Assembly: GCA_018263395.1 (NCBI GenBank)
Contig: JAANXF010000013.1
Location: 1,264 to 65,263 of the forward strand
From: Methanonatronarchaeales archaeon
GTDB lineage: Archaea; Halobacteriota; Methanonatronarchaeia; JAANXF01
DNA length: 64,000 nucleotides
Direction: 5' to 3'
Positions 58,408 to 64,000 of this stretch are shown one piece after another. Positions within the stretch are counted from its first letter, which is position 1. Each line of letters opens with the position of its first letter. Made by a program: the position numbers and the translations under genes. Below the pieces are notes generated by a model. The model saw only the letters and a list, made by a program, of their open reading frames with translations. It ran no database searches and was not told where the DNA came from.

Positions 58408-59307
58408 ATGAATCGGCGAAGGCGGAGCCTGGTGGTTATCGCGTTGATACTGGGAGGGATAGCGATCTCCCTGGTCGCGGGTTACAGCTACAGCCAGAAC
58501 GTGGCCTGGGCCGGCGACGAGGTTCACGTGGTATACCTCCAGGGCCAGATGGCGACGGCGACCGTGCCCGGCGGCCTGGGCGTCGTATCGTCTGAAACCA
58601 TCTCGGGCCACATCAGGGACTCCGCTGATTCCGGAGCGGCCGCGATCGTGCTCAGGGTGAATAGCCCCGGGGGGACTCCGGCGGCGGCCCAGGAGGTCGT
58701 GGACGCCGTCGAGTACGCCAGGTCGAAGGAGGTGCCCGTGGTGGCCTCGATGGGGGACATCGGCGCGTCAGCCGCCTACTACGCCGCGTCTGAAACCGAC
58801 CGCATAGTTGCGAATCCCGACACCATGACCGGGAGCATAGGCGTCATCTGGCTCTTCGAGAACTCCTCGGCCAAGTTTCGGAAGGAGGGCACCAACTACA
58901 CCATCGTGAAGTCGGGTGAATTCAAGGACATGGGTTACCCGCAGGTGGGGCTCACGGAGGAAGAGGAGGAGTACGCCCAGGGCGTGGTCGACGCCGCGCA
59001 CTCCAGGTTCGTCGAGCAGGTCGCGGAGGGGCGAAACCTGCCCAGGGACGAGGTGGAGAGCGTGTCGGACGGAAGGGTGTACACGGGCCGTGATGCCCTC
59101 GAACTCGGCCTCGTAGACGAGATGGGGACCCTCGACGCCGCGATAGAGGCGGCCGAGGAGCTCTCGGGCGTCGAGGACGCCGAGGTGAGGTACGTCAACC
59201 GCCCCTCCCTCGTGAAGCTGCTCCTGGGCGAGGGCGGCGGCGTCGGGTTTGCGGAGGTGCTCGGGTACCTGGAGCCCTACGGAAAGCTCCTTTCCGTGGC
59301 CGGCTGA
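58408..59307 (+). CDS. sppA: Signal peptide peptidase
   Basis: NSPGG, ASAAYY, GSIGV, KSGEFKD, DGRVYTG. Confidence 0.92.
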   Translation: MNRRRRSLVVIALILGGIAISLVAGYSYSQNVAWAGDEVHVVYLQGQMATATVPGGLGVVSSETISGHIRDSADSGAAAIVLRVNSPGGTPAAAQEVVDAVEYARSKEVPVVASMGDIGASAAYYAASETDRIVANPDTMTGSIGVIWLFENSSAKFRKEGTNYTIVKSGEFKDMGYPQVGLTEEEEEYAQGVVDAAHSRFVEQVAEGRNLPRDEVESVSDGRVYTGRDALELGLVDEMGTLDAAIEAAEELSGVEDAEVRYVNRPSLVKLLLGEGGGVGFAEVLGYLEPYGKLLSVAG

Positions 59308-59386
59308 GGCAGCCCGGTAACCATAATTATTAATCGTGATAGATTTCCGAAACCTTTAATACTGTACCGCCTCAACGAAGTCACAG

Positions 59387-59764
59387 GTGACGTGGATGAA
59401 CAGGTACTTCTCGAGGCGGAGAATCACGAAGGAGGACATGCCGTCTACCACCCGCTTCCAGATCAAGGGCGGAGAGGGGGAACTGCACACTCTCATAGCC
59501 AGCGAGCGGGCCCGGGTAAAGAGGAGCGAGGTCACGGAGATACCCATAGAGCCGGTCTCTGTCCCCCTGAACAGGCTGATCGTGCCCTGCGGATACGTGC
59601 GGCACCCCCTGGGCAACACGGTGTCAGTTGGCGAGGAGGAGGTCAAGGACGTGGATCAGAAGAGGTACATCCAGCACGTGGCGTTCCTGCCCTTCAAGTA
59701 CGGGGAGGTGCAGGAGGAAGATATCGTGGGGGTGGTCGACTTCATCCCCATTGAGAGCGCGTAG
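59387..59764 (+). CDS. DUF22 domain protein
   Basis: LIASE, IPIEPV, RHPLG, GEV...DIVGV. Confidence 0.7.
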   Translation: MTWMNRYFSRRRITKEDMPSTTRFQIKGGEGELHTLIASERARVKRSEVTEIPIEPVSVPLNRLIVPCGYVRHPLGNTVSVGEEEVKDVDQKRYIQHVAFLPFKYGEVQEEDIVGVVDFIPIESA

Positions 59765-60097
59765 AGCTCTCTCCCGCCCCTTTATTAACAGGGGGAGAGG
59801 GGGCCCAGTCACCGGCGAGATTTACGTGGAGCACGGCTCACGGTTCCGCTCACGACCGGACCCGCCGGACAGGAAACGCGAACTGGAGAAAAAACACCCC
59901 ATTTCCCCACGTTCTCTCGAGTACGGCCCCGTAGTGAAACGGCTCCAAGTCGAGACCGTACACCCCCGCTGGGAACCGCGACGCGGCCCGTGGCCCGGGA
60001 GGGGTATCCGTCGCCGCAGCAGAAGCCCCTGTCCGGCTGACCCGTGTTTCGAAACCTTTCCCGTGACGCGTGCCCGTCTCGCCGGAGCCCCAACGCG

Positions 60098-60799
60098 TTA
60101 CTCCTCTCCCTGCTCCCTCGCCACCCTTCTGCCCCCGGCGCGGCTCGACGCCGTGGTTACTATCCGTATCCCCTACACCGATGCCCCGCTCTTGAGAAGT
60201 GCCTTCAGGTTTTCCCTGTCGTCCACGCGCGTGACGCCGAACCTGAGGGTGCCGCCGCCCCGGGTACCCCTCGCGGAGATCGCCGCAGGGATAATCCTCT
60301 TCACGTTCGGGTGATGCGCAACCTCGATCAGGAGTTTCGTGCCGTCGCCTCCACCGACCACTGAGATGTGTGACCCGCCGAACTTGCTTCCTGGCGAGGC
60401 CTCGACCTCGTCCAGGGGCGCCGCGCCGGACAGCTCCGCCTTCACGCCCCCGAAGAGGTCACCGCACAGCCGTACGACTTCGAGGGAGGTTATCGACCTC
60501 AGCTCCTTAACCGCGTCCCTCGGTCCCCCGACGTACACCCTGTCGGGTCTCCTGCGGTACAGCAGCTCCTCGACCAGTGAGACGTGGTTGCGGAAGGCCA
60601 CCTGCCGCTCCCTTCTCTCCTCCCTCCGATACGACGCCGGGACCCTCTCTGCGGCGACCCGCTCCCCGTCCAGGTAGAACCTCACGTCCGCGAGGTCCTC
60701 CCCGAAAAGGACGGCCGCCGCCTCCGCGTTCCTCTCCCCGCAGACGAGGCAGAGGTCCCCGGGCCGCTCCAGCGGAAAGCCGCAGAAGGAACAGTTCAC
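60098..60799 (-). CDS. DUF2103-family metal-binding protein interrupted by an in-frame TAG at 60173-60175
   Basis: CSFC...GDLCLVC, KFGGSH, HPNVKRIIP; family-like tail GIRIVTTA...G.RV continues past the TAG to a TAA at 60098. Confidence 0.75.
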
Positions 60800-61084
60800 C
60801 GGCTACACCCCTCGCATACCGTTTCACTGCCGTATCTCATCTATGTTATCCCGTTGTACGGAGTTCGGGCCTCCCAAGAATCCGCCCCGGCGCCGTGAAA
60901 CCCACTTTTTTTTCCGGCTGCTCGATTTTCTCCGCGCCAGACCTCCCAGAGTTCGCGGGGTCCACAACCCGTGGATACGGTCACCTCCCCGAAGCCGGAG
61001 TGCTTCCGCCGAGCCGCCCCGTCCAGTTCACGGCGGGGGTCGTCGGACCCGAGGAGAGCCCGGAAGGGGGGTCCTGACCTTTTG

Positions 61085-61726
61085 CTATCGTCTCTCCGCG
61101 CCGTACCTCTCCTTGGGAAGGAGGGCCGTGGCGACGGCGGAGACCCCGAGCGCCTTTGCGACGTCCACGCCTATAAATGGAAGTACGCCGAGCAGGAAGG
61201 CCCTCTCCAGACCCAGGCCCACGCCATATGCCAGCCAGAGTGCCCCGCAGGCGTAGATCACCGCTACGCCGAGCAGGAAAGTCGGAACGAGGAACCGGGC
61301 CCTCCTGGCCTCGACGCTTGAATCGACTATCCATCCGATGAGGAACGCGGCCAGCACGAAGCCGACTATGTAGCCGCCGGTTGCCCCGAAAATCACCTCG
61401 AGGCCTCCACTCGAGAAAATCGCCTCCCCCTCTCCCGGCGCGAACCACGGGATCCACGCCGCGCCGACGGCGGTGTAGACCACCTGGCTCAGGCCGCCCC
61501 AGGTCCCGCCGAGCACGACGGCACTGAGAAGCACGGCAAAGACCTGTCCCGTCACCGGGACCGGCGTGAATGGCAGGTAGAGCCTGACCTGTGCCGCCAG
61601 GCCCGTCAGGGCGGCGAACCCGACAGCCAGCCCGACCTTGTGCACCAGCTCAGCCTCGTACCTCCAGCTGTAGAAATCGCGACGCGCCCTCCTGTAACTC
61701 TCGACGACTTCTCCCGACATGTACAC
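61085..61726 (-). CDS. bioY: Biotin transporter substrate component
   Basis: PFTPVPVTGQ, GATGGYIVGF, GVLPFIGVD. Confidence 0.93.
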   Translation of the reverse strand: MYMSGEVVESYRRARRDFYSWRYEAELVHKVGLAVGFAALTGLAAQVRLYLPFTPVPVTGQVFAVLLSAVVLGGTWGGLSQVVYTAVGAAWIPWFAPGEGEAIFSSGGLEVIFGATGGYIVGFVLAAFLIGWIVDSSVEARRARFLVPTFLLGVAVIYACGALWLAYGVGLGLERAFLLGVLPFIGVDVAKALGVSAVATALLPKERYGAERR

Positions 61727-61753
61727 ACCCGTAAACCTGGTTGAGATAAAAGT

Positions 61754-61942
61754 TTACGAGAGCGGTATTAAGCCTTTCTCCAGCAGAACCCCACTCGAGA
61801 CGTAGTACACGATCAGGGCGTAACCGAGCAACAGCACGGCGAGGCTTATACGGTACACCCAGGTAAAAAGCGCTATCTGCACCCCCGGTTCACCGAGCCT
61901 CTTCCCTGCAGCGCCGGCCAAATCGTCGAGGGACATCCTCAC
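61754..61942 (-). CDS. Small membrane protein
   Basis: 62-aa ORF with one TM helix; start uncertain. Confidence 0.45.
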   Translation of the reverse strand: MRMSLDDLAGAAGKRLGEPGVQIALFTWVYRISLAVLLLGYALIVYYVSSGVLLEKGLIPLS

Positions 61943-62035
61943 GAAGACGCGTTTCTCCCCGTACTCATAGAGCGTCGAGTTTATTCTCCCGCGTTGCCCG
62001 GCTCCCCGCAGCGCCGCTCCACGGGTTACGGGGCC

Positions 62036-62650
62036 TCACTCCTTTGCCCTCTTGATTCGGAAGATGGTCTCCCTCTCCATCTCCTCCAGACGGAAGTCGA
62101 TGTAGTCCCTGGCCCCCTCGAGCTCGGGGATCACGTTGTACTCCAGGGCGTTCACCCTCCTCTTCGTCTTCTCTATTTCTTCCAGAAGCCGGTTCACCGC
62201 GGCGTTGATCTCTGCGGCCTCTATTATAGAGTTCATCAGGTTCTCGTAGGCCGTCACTGCTTCGTCTATCTTGCTGCTGGTTCCCATGACGCCGTACCCC
62301 CTCTCCATCAGGGGCTTCGACACGTCTTCGGCCTCCATCTCCGGCACCCGTAGACCCATAACGTTCTTCATCTTCATGAAGAACCTGGGCCTCTTCTGTG
62401 CCGCGTAGGCCGTCGACTTCAGCTCTATGTCGCCCTCAACCGCCCTGGCCACGTTCAGCTTCCTCTGGGCATCCACGTACTCTTCCGTCAGCTGGGAACG
62501 CGCTCCCTTCGCCTTATCGAGGATTTTCTGGAACTCCAGGATCAGGCCGTCCCTCTTCATCTCGAGGAGGCCGTGCCCCCTCTTGGATAGCTCTATGCGG
62601 TCCTCGATTTCGAACAGGTTGGACCGGGTCGGCTTGACGTCCTGCGTCAT
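62036..62650 (-). CDS. atpD: A/V-type ATP synthase subunit D
   Basis: [29 protein letters not shown]. Confidence 0.95.
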   Translation of the reverse strand: MTQDVKPTRSNLFEIEDRIELSKRGHGLLEMKRDGLILEFQKILDKAKGARSQLTEEYVDAQRKLNVARAVEGDIELKSTAYAAQKRPRFFMKMKNVMGLRVPEMEAEDVSKPLMERGYGVMGTSSKIDEAVTAYENLMNSIIEAAEINAAVNRLLEEIEKTKRRVNALEYNVIPELEGARDYIDFRLEEMERETIFRIKRAKE

Positions 62651-64000
62651 CTGGATTCCGGATGATACCTCTCTATGTGCTCCTCGTCGATTCTGATGAG
62701 TTCGTCGACCGGCAGCATGGAGAGGAGGTCCCACCCCAGCTCCAGGGTTTCCTCTATGGAGCGGTCCTCGTTCCGGTCCTGCTGAACGAACTCCTGCTCG
62801 AACCTGTCGGCGAACTCCAGGTACTTCCTGTCCTTCTCGCTCAGAGCCTCCTCGCCCACGATCGCCACGAGGCCCCGCAGGTCCTTCCCCTCGGCGTATC
62901 CGGCGTACAGCTGGTCAGAGACGCCGCCGTGGTCCTCGCGGGTCAGTTCCTCACCGATTCCGTTGTTCATGAGTCTGGATAGGGACGGAAGCACGTCGAT
63001 CGGTGGGTACAGCCCCTTGCCGTGCATGTCCCTGTCCAGGACTATCTGTCCCTCGGTGATGTAACCGGTGAGGTCGGGCACCGGGTGGGTTATGTCGTCC
63101 CCCGGCATCGACAGGATCGGTATCTGCGTCAGCGAGCCCTCCCTGCCCTCTATCATTCCGGCCCTCTCGTAGATCATGGCGAGGTCGGTGTACATGTAGC
63201 CCGGGTAGCCCCTTCGTCCCGGAACCTCCTCCCTGGCCGCACCGATTTCCCGGAGCGCCTCACAGTACAGCGTCATGTCCGTGAGTATGGTCAGCACGTG
63301 CATCCCCCTATCGAAGGCCAGGTACTCCGCCGCCGTCAGGGCAAGCCTCGGCGTTACCAAGCGCTCAACCGCAGGGTCGCTCGCGAGGTTCAGGAACATG
63401 ACGGCCCGCTCAAGTGCCCCCGTGCGCTCGAAGTCGTCCTTGAAGTACTGCGCTTCCTCGTGGGTGATTCCCATAGCGGCGAAGACCACGGCGAACTGCT
63501 CCTCCCCGCCCGGCACCTTCGCCTGTCGCGCGATCTGTAGGGCCAGCTCGTTGTGCGGCAGACCGCTCCCGGAAAAGATCGGGAGCTTCTGTCCCCGCAC
63601 CAGCGTGTTCATGCCGTCGATTGTGGATACTCCTGTCTGTATAAAGTCCTCCGGCATGTCGCGGCGGTAAGGGTTCATGGCATCCCCGACGATGTCGCGC
63701 TCCTCGTCGGGCAGTATCCTCGGCCCCTCGTCCATCGGTTCGCCGCGCCCGGTCAGGACCCTGCCCAAGAGATCCCCGGAGACCGGCATCTTCATCGTCT
63801 CCCCGAGGAACTTCACGCTGCTGTTCCTGTCTATCCCCTCGGTTCCCTCGAATACCTGAACCACCACGGTGTCCCGCGAGGTGTCCAGTACCTGTCCGTG
63901 CTTGACGCGGCCGTCCGGCAGCTTCACGGTAACGACCTCGTCGTACGATACGGGCTCCGTTCCCTCGACGAATATCAGCGGTCCTGCGATCTCGGTTATC
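62647..64000 (-). CDS. atpB: A/V-type ATP synthase subunit B (5' end outside the window)
   Basis: [43 protein letters not shown]. Confidence 0.97.
   Translation of the reverse strand, partial: ITEIAGPLIFVEGTEPVSYDEVVTVKLPDGRVKHGQVLDTSRDTVVVQVFEGTEGIDRNSSVKFLGETMKMPVSGDLLGRVLTGRGEPMDEGPRILPDEERDIVGDAMNPYRRDMPEDFIQTGVSTIDGMNTLVRGQKLPIFSGSGLPHNELALQIARQAKVPGGEEQFAVVFAAMGITHEEAQYFKDDFERTGALERAVMFLNLASDPAVERLVTPRLALTAAEYLAFDRGMHVLTILTDMTLYCEALREIGAAREEVPGRRGYPGYMYTDLAMIYERAGMIEGREGSLTQIPILSMPGDDITHPVPDLTGYITEGQIVLDRDMHGKGLYPPIDVLPSLSRLMNNGIGEELTREDHGGVSDQLYAGYAEGKDLRGLVAIVGEEALSEKDRKYLEFADRFEQEFVQQDRNEDRSIEETLELGWDLLSMLPVDELIRIDEEHIERYHPESR

Noticed and set aside
60990-61080. GCCCGGAAGGG as SRP RNA helix 8
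   Set aside because: Lacks the flanking CAGG/AGCA internal loop and the rest of the SRP structure

Overview
GC-rich archaeal chromosomal window with acidic proteins, most consistent with a halophilic member of the Halobacteriota, but with several methanogen-like traits. The backbone is housekeeping: trxB, tbp, thrC, purO, AMP phosphorylase, a HerA-like ATPase, a presenilin-type protease, orc1/cdc6, a cofE-cofD operon carrying methanopterin-associated genes, ubiX-ubiD and acnX/DUF126 (archaeal modified mevalonate route), egsA, ahbA-ahbB-sirC-hemA-hemD, bioY and atpD/atpB. Four tRNA genes are present: Val-TAC, Val-GAC, His-GTG and an intron-containing Trp-CCA. Three accessory, partly decayed regions occur: about 1-5.2 kb next to the tRNA-Val 3' end, a toxin-antitoxin/nuclease islet at about 31.5-35.9 kb, and about 45.5-53.7 kb next to tRNA-His. 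The most striking observation is the 185-nt tRNA-Trp intron. Besides the canonical box C/D guides for positions 34 and 39, it has a duplicated D-box arm and an internal antisense arm that can pair with either copy, suggesting mutually exclusive methylation-competent and splicing-competent folds. The second D box is preceded by a sequence that would guide methylation of T-loop C56. All family calls are from motif recognition by eye; no searches or folding programs were run.
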